Positions 45,580 through 59,091 of a stretch of DNA of 64,000 nt are shown in pieces. The notes under the pieces were generated by a model. The model was not told the DNA's origin, ran no database searches, and worked only from the letters and a program-made list of their open reading frames with translations. This DNA comes from Ascoidea asiatica JCM 7603 (lineage: Eukaryota; Fungi; Ascomycota): assembly GCA_001600695.1 (NCBI GenBank), contig BCKQ01000002.1, positions 537,006 to 601,005 of the forward strand. The letters run 5' to 3'. The position numbers were made by a program, and so were the translations under genes. Position 1 is the stretch's first letter. The number at the start of each line of letters is the position of its first letter.

Positions 45580-45751
45580 ACTAAGAAGAAAAAAGCTAAA
45601 GTTCTTTGGCTAATTAATTTAAAAGAAAATATATAATAAACATAAGAAGAAAAGCATCAAATATTTATAGTATATTTTGCTGAAAAAATATCTATTTTAT
45701 CATCTTTATTTCTCAAATGCAAAGCTCATAAATATTTAGGGCAAAATATAG

Positions 45752-45759
45752 CCGGGTAA
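45752..45759 (+). promoter_or_regulatory. Reb1-type site in the divergent promoter of UTP13 and the snoRNA host
   Basis: CCGGGTAA; a TATAAATA on the minus strand at 45669-45662 points toward the snoRNA intron. Confidence 0.55.
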
Positions 45760-46044
45760 TAAAATTCTTTTCTTCTTAAACAACCAGTGTTTTTAAGTTG
45801 TCTCCTAACAAAAAAAAATGGATGTTAATTAATTGGCTTTCCGCACTTTGGAAGCTTTGAAATTTATCAAGGATAAAAAAAAAATCCGTACTGCTTAACA
45901 ATGTAACACCCAACCTTATTTGTAATTTTTTTTCAGCTTTGCAAATTTATTTATTTTGATCGATGGTTTTAAAGAAGTTACAATAAAAAGTGAAAAAATA
46001 TTTCAAAATAATATTATAAAAAAGCTTTCATAATATACAAGAAA

Positions 46045-48474
46045 ATGGAAGAGGAATCACTAATTACTTATTCTCATAAAGATGTTGGACCTTTTTATAT
46101 GGGAAGTTCTCCAATTTCCATATCCTTAGATGGGTCGATTTTAGCTACAGCATTAAATGAAGATATTGTTATCTCAAATCCAATTACAAATGAAATAATT
46201 GATGAAATAGAAGGAGATGGAGAACTAATAACTTGTTTAGAAATAACACCAGACTCTAGAAATCTTGCAGTTTGCTCAACATCTCAACAATTTCGTATTT
46301 ACAATTTAGATTCAAAATCTTTTGCTAAAAATTTTAAATTATCTTCTCCAGTCTACGTAATAACTGCTGATTTAACCTCCACTTTATTTGCTTGTGGTGG
46401 GGCAGATGGTACAATAAGCGTATTTGATTTAGAAAATCAATATCTAACTCATACTTTCCATCATTCTACTACGATATCCGCTTTGAACGTTTTTGCTTCG
46501 GATGATAAAAAAAAATGGTGGTTGGGCTCTGGTGATGTTTCAGGAAATGTTAAAGTTTTTGATTTAGTTTCAAGAAAACAAATCTATAATTCTCAAGATC
46601 ATAATTCCGCCATTCGTGCTGTCAATTTCAATTCAAATGGAGACCTTATGCTTACTGGAGGAAGAGATAAAATTTGTCAAATACATGATTGTACTAAAAA
46701 GTTCAAGGTTACCACTACTATTCCTTGTAATCAACAAATAGAATCAGCAGGGTTTGTGAATATAAAAGATGATGAATATTTTTTCACTGCAGGTGATCTT
46801 CCAATTATAAAAATATGGGACTATAAAAAAGGTAAACTTATTGCTTCCTCCAAAAAGCCTTTAATTACTAAAGAGGAATTAATATTTACTCAAGTTTTAA
46901 AAATTTTTTCTACTGAAGATATTGATAAAGGAAAAACTAAGTTAATTGCAAATGTTAGCGATCAATCTATCTTAGAATTTGAAATCAACGATCTAAATTT
47001 CAGCAATGAAAACCATGACCAAGTGTTTTCATATTCTAAGTGTTTTGCTGGTAATCATGGAATAATATCAGATTTAAGATTTGTAACACCTTTAAAAAAT
47101 CGTTTGGCTTTAGCAACTAATTCTCCTTCCTTAAGAATTATAAATCCTTACACTAATTCAATGGAAGTAAATATCTTGCAAAGTCATGAAGATTTAATTA
47201 ATTCTTTAGATGCATCTGAAGATGGTTGCTGGATTGCTACAGCTGGTAAAGATCGTAATGTCAAACTTTGGAAATATCATTCTACAAAGCAAACATTTGT
47301 AGTTTTTGCTACCTTTTCTGGCCATTCAGGTTCTGTTACTTGCGTAGCAATACCTAAAACTTTCAAAGAATATCCTGAATTTATTATAAGTGGTTCTGAT
47401 GATCTAACTGTTAAAAAATGGAAAGTCCCAAAATTCGATGAACATAGTTTTTTAAAGGAAGAATTTACTTCAAATTTAGTTTCTACTGCTTTATATGGTA
47501 GAAGAGCTCATGAAAAGGATATAAATAGTATTTGCATGTCTCGAAACAATAAAATATTTGCCACAGCTAGTTTTGATAAAACTGCTAAAATATGGAGTGT
47601 TGAGACAGGTGAAATAATAGGAATATTAAAAGGGCATAAAAGAGGTTTGTGGGATATCACAATTTCCCCTTCATCTAAATATGTTGCTACATCTAGTGGA
47701 GATAAAACCATAAAAACTTGGTCTTTAGATAATTACAACTGTGTAAGAACATTTGAAGGTCACTCCAATTCTATACAAAGAGTTAGATTTATTAAAGAAG
47801 AAACACAATTAGTATCGGCAGGTGCTGAAGGTATTGTTAAAATCTGGGATATTCAAACAGGTGATTGCCTTAAGAACTTAGATAATCATAACAATAGAAT
47901 TTGGGGTCTTGAAATTAAAAATGATGGGGAGACAATAGTAAGTGCTGATGCTGATGGATTATTAAGTATATGGGAAGATAAAACTGAAGAAAAAATTGCA
48001 AGTGAAGTTGAGAAAAAAAAACAAAAAGTTGAAGAAGAACAATCTTTACAGAATTTTATTTACAATAAAGATTGGAAGAATGCTTTTTTAATGGCTCTTA
48101 AATTAGATCATCCAATGAGATTATATAACGTTGTTAGAGAATGTATAAAAGCAAATGAAAATCCTGAAAGTATATTGGGCTCAAATCAGTTAGATGAGTG
48201 CATCAAAAGTTTCAGCGAAGAGCAAATAACCACTGTTTTTAATAGAATTAAAAACTGGAATGTAAATTCAAGATTTTATGAAATAGCGCAAAAAATGATT
48301 AAGACAATTTTAGTTCATCATGATATCAAAAAGTTGGCGGAAATTCCTGGGTTAAAAAACACTATTTCCCATATTGTACCATATTCCGAAAGACATTATT
48401 CAAGATTGAATGATTTACTTGAACAAAGTTACATAATTGATTATAACATAGCATTATTTAGTGAAATTATATAA
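46045..48474 (+). CDS. UTP13: U3 snoRNP/SSU processome WD40 protein Utp13
   Basis: Multiple WD40 repeats, LALATNSPSLRI, RRAHEKDIN, and C-terminal Utp13 domain (LDHPMRL..WNVNSR..PYSERHYSR). Confidence 0.93.
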   Translation: MEEESLITYSHKDVGPFYMGSSPISISLDGSILATALNEDIVISNPITNEIIDEIEGDGELITCLEITPDSRNLAVCSTSQQFRIYNLDSKSFAKNFKLSSPVYVITADLTSTLFACGGADGTISVFDLENQYLTHTFHHSTTISALNVFASDDKKKWWLGSGDVSGNVKVFDLVSRKQIYNSQDHNSAIRAVNFNSNGDLMLTGGRDKICQIHDCTKKFKVTTTIPCNQQIESAGFVNIKDDEYFFTAGDLPIIKIWDYKKGKLIASSKKPLITKEELIFTQVLKIFSTEDIDKGKTKLIANVSDQSILEFEINDLNFSNENHDQVFSYSKCFAGNHGIISDLRFVTPLKNRLALATNSPSLRIINPYTNSMEVNILQSHEDLINSLDASEDGCWIATAGKDRNVKLWKYHSTKQTFVVFATFSGHSGSVTCVAIPKTFKEYPEFIISGSDDLTVKKWKVPKFDEHSFLKEEFTSNLVSTALYGRRAHEKDINSICMSRNNKIFATASFDKTAKIWSVETGEIIGILKGHKRGLWDITISPSSKYVATSSGDKTIKTWSLDNYNCVRTFEGHSNSIQRVRFIKEETQLVSAGAEGIVKIWDIQTGDCLKNLDNHNNRIWGLEIKNDGETIVSADADGLLSIWEDKTEEKIASEVEKKKQKVEEEQSLQNFIYNKDWKNAFLMALKLDHPMRLYNVVRECIKANENPESILGSNQLDECIKSFSEEQITTVFNRIKNWNVNSRFYEIAQKMIKTILVHHDIKKLAEIPGLKNTISHIVPYSERHYSRLNDLLEQSYIIDYNIALFSEII

Positions 48475-48777
48475 TTTAAATACAAAAATTATAAATTATT
48501 TTATTAATAAAATACTCTGCGCAGTAGTGTAAAATATTATTTTTCATAAAATTACCAAAGGTCGGAAACATATTTATATGTTGTTGGATGACCCATGGGA
48601 ATGGTATCATAACAAAATAGAATCATAAACATACTTTTTAAAATAAAAAATAAAGTTTGCTTTCAAAAAAAAAATAGTTGAATATTTATTGAGTTGATAA
48701 GTTTCTTATAATTGAATATTTTTTGAATCAGAGAGCTTGAAAGGCAGAATTATTAATAAACAAAACCATACCTTAAT

Positions 48778-49586
48778 ATGCCTATTAATCAGCCTTCAAA
48801 TCAAATAAAGCTTACTAACGTTTCGTTAGTTCGTATGAAAAAAGGAAAAAAAAGATTTGAAATAGCCTGTTATCAAAATAAAATTCAAGACTGGAGATCA
48901 GGAATGTATGTTTTATTCTTTTTTTTTTATTCTTTATATTACAAAATTACTGTTATATGGTAACTAACATTTGTTTTATTAATTTCAGAGAGAAGGACTT
49001 AGATGAAGTACTACAGATTCCACAAGTTTTTATAAACGTCTCAAAGGGATTAATAGCTCCAAATGAAGATTTAAAGAAATCTTTTGGAACAACTGATGTG
49101 AATAAAATTGTAATGGAGATTCTTAAAAAGGGAGAAATACAACTAAATGAAAAAGAAAGACAAACAAAAATAAAACAAATAACCAATGAAATGCTAACTA
49201 TAATATCAACCAAATGTGTTAATCCAAATTCAAAAAAGAGATATCCTCCAAGTATGATTCTTAAGGCCTTAAATGAGTTAAAATTAAACGTTCTTCCTAA
49301 CAAAGCAGCTAAAAGTCAAGCATTAGAAGCCATTAAGTTGCTAGTAGCTAAACAGATAATTCCTATTGCTAGAGCTCAAATGAAAGTAAAACTTACTCTA
49401 GATTCAAAAAAATATAAGAAAGATAGTGAAAAAATTAAAGCTCTTCTAGCAGTTGAGTCTGAAGATTATAATTCCGGGGATTGGGAGTGTTACGCTTTAA
49501 TAGACCCCAGTGTTTTCAAAGAGTTATCAAAAGAAATCAATGACAGACATGGTCTGATTGAAGTTTTGGATATGGCTGTAATTTAA
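48778..49586 (+). CDS. SDO1: Ribosome maturation factor Sdo1/SBDS; exon 1 48778-48905, intron 48906-48988, exon 2 48989-49586
   Basis: GTATGT...AACTAAC...CAG splicing gives [39 protein letters not shown]. Confidence 0.96.
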
Positions 49587-49975
49587 CTACAATTTTTTTC
49601 ATGTATTTTTCATTTACCTTTAACTGCTCTCAAAAAAGTTGATAGATAAAAATATGTCCAAAAATAAAAAAGTTATTTTTACAAAGTACACTAAAAATTA
49701 TATAGTTAGTAGTAATATTGACTACAAAAATAAACAAAAAAATTAGAATTTAGTTTAAATAAAAGATTAGAAATATGATAAAGGTTATTTAATAATTTTT
49801 AATTTTACAAGGAGAAAGCAAGTGAATTGAATACTCCTCCCATCCTATCGAGCCAGTTATTACCACCACAGAACCAACATCTAAAATTATCATAATAATA
49901 TAGTCAGCACACTTAACAAAAAAATAAAATAAAACAGTATGCGATAAAAAACAGTGAATAAAAAAAATAGAATAC

Positions 49976-52900
49976 TTAAGCAATAGTTGACCAGGTAGCC
50001 AATGAGGGGGTTGATGTAAGGAATGATTTTGGAGCAGAATTTCCGGTATCATTATGAGATTGATTTCTTGGTTGAAAGAGTCCTTTGAATGTTCCAGTTA
50101 GATCTTGACCTAAGGTTTCGGAAACATGACTACCACCAACGGCAGGAGCAGCGATCAAAATAATAAAGAGGAGCAAAATCAAAAAATAAAGAACCGAGTA
50201 TCTTCTAACCATTCTTCTTCTTAACTTTGCTTGTTTTAATGAATATATTGGTGGTCTAATTTGTCTACTTGGCTTCAACCAGAATAAAGCCATTGAATGC
50301 CATCTGTCAGCAAATGGAAGCAAAATTAGAGGTAATTGTGCAATTAAAATAATATGACCAAGAATAAAATCTGCAGCAAATTCAGATTGTTCAATAACCT
50401 TAGCAGCAAATTCACGAGCAGGTTGAGTTAAAGCCATATATCCTAATCCTGAACCATACCATTTACCCGTCCAGAAAGCAGCATTGGCATGATCATTTTT
50501 GAATTCTCTTGTTAAAAAAAATAAAGTCATGAATTTAAACAAAACTCTTTGAATATAGATCATACAAACCAATCCTAAAACCATTCTTGCAAAACTGAAT
50601 CCTTCTAAGACCCAGATTACAACAAAAAAAACCATATGAATGATTACAGAAAAGCCATGGGCAATAGCTGCCATAACTGGCCCTGTTTTTTTACAGCACA
50701 ATCCCAAAAGAGGACCAGCACAACAAGATAAACCTAAGCAAAATCCAAGAACACCACAATTAACAACAACAGGAGCTAATCCACATATAACAATACGAAT
50801 AGTGGAATTTATAGGATCAGCATTTCCTCCTTTGACACCAGTTTGTGCATTAATAAAAGTGTAGGCAACAAAAATACCAGCAGTAAAAAGACATGTTGGA
50901 ATAAAGTCAGCAGTAATGATGTTTGTACGATGGGCTCTTGGAGCGTCACCGGCAGCTTTTTCAGATGGCTCACCTAAAACTTTACGTTTAAAACCAGTAA
51001 TTCTAGATCGTGACATTTTAACATAACCGACCCAAGAATTTTTATGCCATTTTCCATTACCCCTTGACAACCATCTAATATAATCACGGTAATCGATGAA
51101 AAAATCTTGCCATGAAAATTGATGAGGATTGAAAAAAAATGGAGGAAGAATAAGAGAACTTAATGATCCCCAGAACCATAGTAAAGCAGGTTGCCAGTGT
51201 GAAGCTGAAGCAAAAAGTAACATAATCATTAATCTTGCACCCATATAAATTGAGGATTGAGCAAAACGAGAGTATAGCACAGAGAATGGAATACGCGAAG
51301 TAGCAAATCCACGACCAGTAGCAATATAACGAGCTCCACCTACAGATAAATCTGATGTAATTGAAGAAGCATAGATTTGAGCAACAAAGACCTCGAACAT
51401 TGGAGACAAGGAACAGAAATGACGAACCAATCTTACACAAGTTTTCCAAAGACCCTTTTCAACTAACTCTTGAACAAATAAAGGAATAAAGGAAATCCAA
51501 AATACAATGAAAATAGAAAGTGTATAACGTCTGACCCAATCAATTGCCGGAGTAAGATTATAACATCCCCTTGGAATTTGTTTATCAGTAACTGGAGTAT
51601 TTTTGTTGTAAGAGCAGATAATAGCTTCATGTGCCAAACTGTTTAAATTGACCAAAGTAACCATAAAAGCTTGTAAGGATAATTGAATGAATAAATTATT
51701 GACATGGAAACCTGGGTGAGCATAGTAAAAAGATAAAAATCGATCTAAAGGTAATTGAGTTCCAAGATAATAATATTCTCTGGATAACATTTGTTCTCCC
51801 ATACCAGCTCCAATTTTTGTTGTGAAATTTAAAATTGACCCAAATCCCATATCTCTTCCCTTACCACACTGATAATAGTCACAATGCTTTATTCTTCCAC
51901 CACGTAACATAGCATTCATACCTGCATATATATCTTCATTAAGATGTAAACCCTTTTGAGCTTTTGATACACCACCCCTAGTACACATGAAAGTACCATT
52001 AAGGAAATCTGGATGACCATAATGTAATTTACCTCCAATTTGAGCAAGAACCCTGTGGAATAACGTTCCGAATGTCTGTTCTTTTCCAGCAGCAACATCT
52101 CCGAGAATACCTGTATTTTCGGAAAAAATATATTCTCTTGCACCAACAATAGCAACAGGGTGAAAGTTTTTATCCTCATATTTTAATTCGGGTGCGTATG
52201 GGTTAACTTGTTCTACTGAAAGCTCTTCAAACTCAGCAAGTATAGATCTTATTTTAAGACACTCTTCAAGATAATTATCTTGATTTGCATCAATCAATTG
52301 AATATATTCTCCTCTATGGAAAATTAAAGCATGATTTTGATTATCTGATTTACCATCACCAATAATAGGATTTCCCGATAATTGAATTCTGAATTTAGGT
52401 CTACGTCTTCCATTTTCCATTAACTCACAATGTCCGTCAATTACAGCAGAATAAATTCTTGGATCTTGATCTTCATCGATGGCAGGCTCTTCATCTAAAT
52501 AAGCAATTTGTAAATCTGGATAAGCACGCAATAAAAACTCAGCATTTTCGGCTTCATCTGGTTTGAATTTAGACAATCTTTGCATACTAACAACAAATTT
52601 GAATTTTCTTCTAGCCATTCTCTCAAGTTCCCTTTCTAGCCCTTCAGTATTACCCCCGTAAAGTTGAACTATCTCCGGATTTTCAACTCTATAAAGTAAT
52701 TTTATAGCTCTTGCGTAGTTCATCATTCCTGATACAGTACGATATAATGTTTGAGCTCTTAATGAAGCCCAAATTCTTGTTCTTAGGGTATATTCAGGTG
52801 CAGCACTTTTAAAACCAATACAATAAAATGGTAAATCATCAATTTGAGATTTTAAAGTATCATCCTCTTTATTAGAGGAATCGTCTAAAGCAGCTGTTTC

Positions 52901-55837
52901 TTCAGCTAAAATTTTGGTATCTTTAACAAAACAATCCCATTCAATTGGATGTAATTGTTTTAAATACTCTAGTAGTGTAACTCTTGAAAATTGATCATCT
53001 TCTCTAATGATTTCTCTTAACGACAATAAAATCTTTTCCGAATAATGAGGAGTAAAGACTGTAAATGTAGGCATATTCTCTACTGGTAATGGCTCAGGAA
53101 TTGGAGTAGAAAGAGATTGAGCAAAAAATGTAATTCTTCTTTCGGCTTCGGAATTTTTAGGGTAAAATTCTGATGAAAAATTGTTATCATCTTGAGACAC
53201 AAAAAAAGTTGGAGCTCTTAAAGTTCTTTTTCCTTCAACTTCAGAAGGTACTTGATGATAAAGTAATTTTTGAACATGATCAATAGCTAAAAGATGTTCT
53301 CTATACATAGATATAACAATTGCATTCCATATCTGGGAAATTAAGACTTTGGGTTTGTATTTAATTTCCATATCTGTTGTTGCCAAAACTTTGGAATAAA
53401 TTCTTTTAGGTAATCTGGTGAAAATATTTCTCCAAGGAGTTAAAATGGAAATACCTAAATAAAATGATCTACCAACAGAGAATACACAAGAACAACAAAT
53501 ATACCACATATAAGTATCCAAGAAGAATAAAATGAAATCAGTAAAATACATCATACCCAAAACGATTTGAGATTGATATCTACATAATTGATTACCCCAC
53601 CAAATCTCTCCTGAACATCTCATATGCATCGTTGATAAATTTCTGATTGGATCTCTCAACGAAAGAATTAAGAAAAAGTATGATTCAGCAAATTTTGCAG
53701 CAAAAACAACTACCCATAATAAATAAGACATCCACATATCTAAACCCTTTAATTGATAAAAATTAGCAGTAAATGTTTGAGAAGCAACAAATCTTCTAGA
53801 TGATTTTTTCATATACGAAGTAAATAGACCACCTAAAGGCATTATTGCAAAAAATATAATAGTGGCAACTCCAATAAAGAAATCAACTACTGCAACAATA
53901 TGAGCAATTTTTGAATAAACATTGATTGGATCATAAGCAACAATAAAAACAAAAGGACCTAAATTAATAACAAGAATAAGAAGCAAGAATAAGAAACGTC
54001 TGGTTAAATGTTGAGCTCCAGCCCATTTCCTAGGGACAAAAATCCATTCACATATAGTTGCTGCAATTTGAATCAAACAAGCAACAGTACCACCTAAAGC
54101 AGCTGAAGCCCATCTGAATTCTGGAGTTGGTTGATTATTAACAAGTTGAGTATAGTTTTTAGTATAAAGAGTTGGTGAATTATAAGCAATATACATCCAA
54201 TAAATGGAACCATGAATGACCCAAATACGATTGAAATTTGTAATCATATGAAACCAAGATCTTATTTCTTTATAAGTTTTGAAAAAAATATTGATCCAGT
54301 CAGCTTCACCTAATCTCATGTATCTTTCTTCTTGTGGAAGATCGATAATTCTAGTACCATCTTCAAGAATAATTTTAGCAATTCCTTCAGGATACCAGAA
54401 TAATTGATTAACATCGTCATAACCAATAACTTTATTATGATCTCTTTCACGTTTAACAAACCTTCCATCTACAACTTCGTAGATTTGATCTCTTAAGAAT
54501 TTATATAATGGAGTTATAACTCTATTAAGATAATCACCTTCAGGAACAGGTTCTTGTCTACTTTCACAAGCAGGGGATTTTAAATAATCAGAAGCACATT
54601 TATAAATGAAACAAAGACATTCAGGAGTAAATCTTACTTGATTTGCTTCACCCCAAAGTAATAAATATAAAGCTATTTGTCTAACTTTTTCAATTGGAGT
54701 TAATTTATTCATTTCATTATTCCAACGATAATTTGCGGCTTCTAAAGAATTATCAGATTCTAAATCATGTAAAGTTTCATCAATTTGTTCTTGATTTTCA
54801 TTATCTTTTAAAGCTTCTCTTGCTTTTTTAGCTTTTTTTGATTTCTTTTTAGCTTTTCTTGAAAGTTTTCCAACATTCATATTTGCAAAACCTAATTGAT
54901 CATCTAAATCTAAATGAGCTGCAAAATACCATTTTTTATAATTCGCAGCTTCGCCACCAATAAAATCAGCATGTAAAGATAATAAAGCATGAGATGGAGA
55001 CATTCTTGAAGCTCTTGAATCTAAAAGGATCATAAAATGATCGAACATATTTCTCATTGAATCTCTTTGAAAACCAAATTTATTAGTTAAATCAATGAAA
55101 ACATCTTCAATATCTTCTAGTTTAACAGGAGCTTGATTATCAGCAGTCCAAGCAGGATAAGGATCATTTGGTAAACCAGGCATATAACCACCAAAAGCAG
55201 GAGTTGGAGCACCAGGACCATAATAAGGAGTTGAAGCACCAGATGAAGTTCTTGGATCATAAGACATTTGAGAAGGGGTATAATCGGTATAAGGACCAGA
55301 AGCTCCAGGAGTTCCCGGACCTGCAGATTGAGTAAAATCAGAATAAGAAGCAGGATCTACTTGTGGAGGAGGTTGATCAGCAGGATTATTATAATATGGA
55401 TCAGCATATTGATCATAATAGTAATAATTTGGATCTTGAGGAGTTTGATTTGGATCATTTGCATAACCATTTTGATCATAAAAAGCATTTGGATCATTTG
55501 GATTTATAGGAGGTTGTTGTTGATATTGTTGATCTTGAGTATTTTGAACTGAGATTGGTTGTTGGGGTTGTTGTGATGATGATAATGGAGGTTGTGCTTG
55601 TTGTTGAGCTAAATAAGGATCAAATTGTTCATCAATATAAGGTTGTTGAGATTGATCATCAGGATATTGAGAACTAGGTTGATTAGAATATTGATTATAT
55701 TGATCTTGATATTGACCATATTGTTCAGGAGAAGCTACATTTGGATCATAATAACCTTGAGATAAATTTTGAGGATTTGAAGAAGGTTGATTTTGATTTT
55801 CATGCTCATTTACAGGAGCAGAAGAGCCTGAATTCAT
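49976..55837 (-). CDS. FKS1: 1,3-beta-glucan synthase catalytic subunit (FKS1/GSC2 type)
   Basis: [38 protein letters not shown]; echinocandin hot spots FLILSLRDP and DWVRRYTL. Confidence 0.97.
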   Translation of the reverse strand: MNSGSSAPVNEHENQNQPSSNPQNLSQGYYDPNVASPEQYGQYQDQYNQYSNQPSSQYPDDQSQQPYIDEQFDPYLAQQQAQPPLSSSQQPQQPISVQNTQDQQYQQQPPINPNDPNAFYDQNGYANDPNQTPQDPNYYYYDQYADPYYNNPADQPPPQVDPASYSDFTQSAGPGTPGASGPYTDYTPSQMSYDPRTSSGASTPYYGPGAPTPAFGGYMPGLPNDPYPAWTADNQAPVKLEDIEDVFIDLTNKFGFQRDSMRNMFDHFMILLDSRASRMSPSHALLSLHADFIGGEAANYKKWYFAAHLDLDDQLGFANMNVGKLSRKAKKKSKKAKKAREALKDNENQEQIDETLHDLESDNSLEAANYRWNNEMNKLTPIEKVRQIALYLLLWGEANQVRFTPECLCFIYKCASDYLKSPACESRQEPVPEGDYLNRVITPLYKFLRDQIYEVVDGRFVKRERDHNKVIGYDDVNQLFWYPEGIAKIILEDGTRIIDLPQEERYMRLGEADWINIFFKTYKEIRSWFHMITNFNRIWVIHGSIYWMYIAYNSPTLYTKNYTQLVNNQPTPEFRWASAALGGTVACLIQIAATICEWIFVPRKWAGAQHLTRRFLFLLLILVINLGPFVFIVAYDPINVYSKIAHIVAVVDFFIGVATIIFFAIMPLGGLFTSYMKKSSRRFVASQTFTANFYQLKGLDMWMSYLLWVVVFAAKFAESYFFLILSLRDPIRNLSTMHMRCSGEIWWGNQLCRYQSQIVLGMMYFTDFILFFLDTYMWYICCSCVFSVGRSFYLGISILTPWRNIFTRLPKRIYSKVLATTDMEIKYKPKVLISQIWNAIVISMYREHLLAIDHVQKLLYHQVPSEVEGKRTLRAPTFFVSQDDNNFSSEFYPKNSEAERRITFFAQSLSTPIPEPLPVENMPTFTVFTPHYSEKILLSLREIIREDDQFSRVTLLEYLKQLHPIEWDCFVKDTKILAEETAALDDSSNKEDDTLKSQIDDLPFYCIGFKSAAPEYTLRTRIWASLRAQTLYRTVSGMMNYARAIKLLYRVENPEIVQLYGGNTEGLERELERMARRKFKFVVSMQRLSKFKPDEAENAEFLLRAYPDLQIAYLDEEPAIDEDQDPRIYSAVIDGHCELMENGRRRPKFRIQLSGNPIIGDGKSDNQNHALIFHRGEYIQLIDANQDNYLEECLKIRSILAEFEELSVEQVNPYAPELKYEDKNFHPVAIVGAREYIFSENTGILGDVAAGKEQTFGTLFHRVLAQIGGKLHYGHPDFLNGTFMCTRGGVSKAQKGLHLNEDIYAGMNAMLRGGRIKHCDYYQCGKGRDMGFGSILNFTTKIGAGMGEQMLSREYYYLGTQLPLDRFLSFYYAHPGFHVNNLFIQLSLQAFMVTLVNLNSLAHEAIICSYNKNTPVTDKQIPRGCYNLTPAIDWVRRYTLSIFIVFWISFIPLFVQELVEKGLWKTCVRLVRHFCSLSPMFEVFVAQIYASSITSDLSVGGARYIATGRGFATSRIPFSVLYSRFAQSSIYMGARLMIMLLFASASHWQPALLWFWGSLSSLILPPFFFNPHQFSWQDFFIDYRDYIRWLSRGNGKWHKNSWVGYVKMSRSRITGFKRKVLGEPSEKAAGDAPRAHRTNIITADFIPTCLFTAGIFVAYTFINAQTGVKGGNADPINSTIRIVICGLAPVVVNCGVLGFCLGLSCCAGPLLGLCCKKTGPVMAAIAHGFSVIIHMVFFVVIWVLEGFSFARMVLGLVCMIYIQRVLFKFMTLFFLTREFKNDHANAAFWTGKWYGSGLGYMALTQPAREFAAKVIEQSEFAADFILGHIILIAQLPLILLPFADRWHSMALFWLKPSRQIRPPIYSLKQAKLRRRMVRRYSVLYFLILLLFIILIAAPAVGGSHVSETLGQDLTGTFKGLFQPRNQSHNDTGNSAPKSFLTSTPSLATWSTIA

Positions 55838-57099
55838 TTTAATTACTAATTGCTCTGCTCTTTTTAGAATCTCTTATTCAAAATTTTAATATAGTTTTTA
55901 TTTTGATTTTTATCTTTATACAAAATTAAATGTAATAGGAGATTTTGGAAAACTGGAAGTATAGCAAAAAAAACAAAGTGAAGAATAAAGAATGAATTGA
56001 AAATTGCTATGATCTATATTGTATGTTCTATGTTCTAAACTATATCTTACTATATTACTATATTACTATATTCTTTGCTATAGTATTATAATAAAATATT
56101 AAGTATAAAGAGGATGAAGAATAAGAAGGAGATAAAAAGATAGGTAAATTGAAAATTTCAAATTTCAACTTTCAAATAGAAAATAGAAAATAGAAAAGAA
56201 GTACTTGAAACGAGAGAAGAAAATAAAACCAATGTAAGCTTTTGCAATTAATTGACCAAAGCAAAAACAGAAATAGAAATGAAAATTTATTACAGGTTTA
56301 ATATTTGCAGTCTTTGAATTTCAAAGTAACTTTAAATAAGATGTAGTTAAGTAAAGAAGATAAAACCAAATGAACTAAATAAAGCAAATAAAATCAAGAA
56401 GAAAAAAAGGCGAAAAATAGATTATTTACTAGACCACACTTCAATTAAATCTGAAGGAATATTTCATATGTAGGTAAATTGGTGAAATGGATTAAAGAGA
56501 AATTAAAGGGAGAAAAAAGGAAAGAGACTTGGATTAAATTCACGAGTAATAAACAAGAGTGGAAACAAGAACAGAAACAAGAGCGAAACAAGAAAAAACA
56601 AAAGTATCAACAGTGGTCTAGGAGCCCCCAGTGCATGAAACAAGAAACTCAGAGTTTACTTTTTCTCGATGAAATCATCGCAGAGAAAGAAATCCCATTT
56701 TCATAGCCACATCCGCACCTGTATCCTGAACTATTTGCTGTTCCTGGTAACGGATATGCTGGCGGTTGGCGCTTAACTCAGCACCCGAGCCACGGATAGT
56801 CTCATCCTTGTTGCAGATCACCGGTTGTTGGGGCTTATGCCACCCACCCTGCCAGCTTGCAATCTAATCAAAGGAAGCTATAAAGTTAGCTTACATCTCT
56901 GCACTGAACACAAACTAACTCTGCTCTCTATTTTTACTTTTCTATAATTAATTTAGCGCATTTTTGTACCTTAACCCAGCATTCGACTTATTTCAGATCG
57001 CTCCAGTGCAAAATACTGTTCTTCCGTACTGTCTCCGAATCTTCCATGTATTCCTGACTGTCCGAAAAATAAAAGAAATAAAAAAAAGTAAATAATTAA

Positions 57100-57502
57100 A
57101 TCACGTGCCAATAAAACTTAGATTCAAGCTTTAAATCTCCAGGATATATTGAATCTTTGCTCTTATGATCAATTATTTTAAATCTCACCTTAATTGACCT
57201 ATCCAGTAACAAACTCCTCTAAATGGTCACGAGATCAATTTTTTTAGCCAAATAATTGAATTCAGACTGGGATTTAGTCGTCGGACAAGTCGAAATAAGA
57301 ACTTTTGCTTTCTTGATTTGTAATGATTTAAAAAATTAAACTTTTTTTTTTGAATTTTTAAGTAAACTGTTCCATGCACTTTTCAAGGAGTCAGGTTTAC
57401 TTTTATACATTTTTATGCATGACTCTGACATATAAAATTTTGCTTTCAATATAAAGGGAACAATCCTCACCACGGATTGTTTGATTACTTAAAAGTTGTG
57501 GC
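57100..57502. promoter_or_regulatory. Candidate sulfur/amino-acid regulatory sites: Cbf1 ATCACGTG (57100), Gcn4 TGACTC (57420), Met31/32-like AAGTTGTGGC (57493)
   Basis: Motif matches in the FKS1/MUP3 divergent region; consistent with a methionine permease but about 2 kb from its ATG. Confidence 0.3.
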
Positions 57503-59091
57503 GGTGCAGAACTAACTTATAAGTTTCTTTTAGATATAACGTTACTTAAAAACATCATCTAATAGAAATTTATAGCTTTATATAATCAGAATATTCAATT
57601 ATTTCCGATGTAAATATTATATTAAAAAGTACTTGATTTATTTTTCATAGATGAAATACATCTTAAAAGCAGCAAAAGATTGATGTTTTGCTAATTAGCA
57701 AAAATAATATTTCAGCTGGTTACGAGTCGCTTATGGAAAGTTTACCATAAGTTCAAGAATTTATGTTAAAATATTTGGAGCCCGGTTTTTAAAAGCTACG
57801 GTACCCATTTTTTTCTTGCTTTTCACACGTTGTTTTCTAAATCCACTACGTCGTCTATTTTCCATATTCACTGAGGTTTTTTTTGTGAACGCGTATCTGT
57901 GGCTTTGTGTATGAAAAACATACCTACTTTCAATTAAGACTTACCTCCCTAACCAGGCTTCTCCCATAGAAGAAACATCTCTCAAATCAGGACTCCAAGG
58001 GTTCAAAGGCAGAATTTTAAAAGCCAGTCCATACCTCAATAATAAATATGAATATTTATTCATTCTTTTTCAATCAATTATATCTTTTTATTTATCAAAT
58101 TTCAAATTTATTTTTAATAATTATAGTTCATTTATTAAGTTTATAGATAATATAGTCGTTTTCTTTTATGGCATGATTGAAAAAAAAAAAAAAACAATTT
58201 GCAAAACCAAAAATCTTTTCACAGCTTTAATAGTTCAAATACTGTAAATTCTATGTTGAAGGTTTCACTAATTACAATTATTAACATTATTTTGATTTCA
58301 TTTACTTTAGCAAGATCTCTTTCTGAATAATTTCCTTTTTATTAAAAGTAAAACTAATGAGTGTTATTAATCATTAATCTCCAATTTTTTGATTAATGAC
58401 TTATGAGATTTTCGAAAATCAATTGAAGATATTGTAAAAAAATAAAGAAAAAAAAAGAAAACAACTAAAAAAAAGATAACGTATTTTCATACAAGTATTT
58501 TCCACTCAAAAAGTTTAAAGTCAATTTGAATTTTATCTTTAAAAGCAAATAAAGAAAAAAAACAAAAACGACCTTTTAGAGTTTATTTATCATTCTGTGC
58601 TAAGCTTTAAAAAGTTTAAGAAAATATTAAAAACAAGTAAATTTATTTTCAATGAATAACATTAATTCAAACTAAATAAAATAAACTGAAGTATTATATA
58701 ACACATCAACCACATCTGTTTTTACTGATTTTATTTGAGTGGAAAATTATTATTAATGTGTTAATTGATGTGTAATTGAGGTATTCACGAAATAATTTCA
58801 ATAAAGAAAGCAAAGGAAGTTTCGAATATTTAGTTTCAACTACCTGTGAAATCATTATGTATTTTATAAATTAGATTAAATGCTACTTTTAAATCACACT
58901 TTTTTTTAAAAGTTTCAGAATAGAAAACCAACCAGGCATCACAAATTTCAATTCCGACTTCTTTTCAGGGTGTGTTTCTCAAGTTTTTCAAAGGCCTAGA
59001 TACTTTTTGAATCAAAGTTGTGAAGCTGAAGATTGAAGATTGAAAATTATTAACGTTACTTACTAAACTAAAACAATGGAAAAATGCGTAT

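Noticed and set aside
51518-53676. Intrinsic echinocandin-resistance substitutions in Fks1
   Set aside because: Hot spots FLILSLRDP and DWVRRYTL are of the susceptible type.
57937-57946. U1 snRNA-like 5' end (ACTTACCT)
   Set aside because: No recognisable U1 stem-loop I or Sm site follows.
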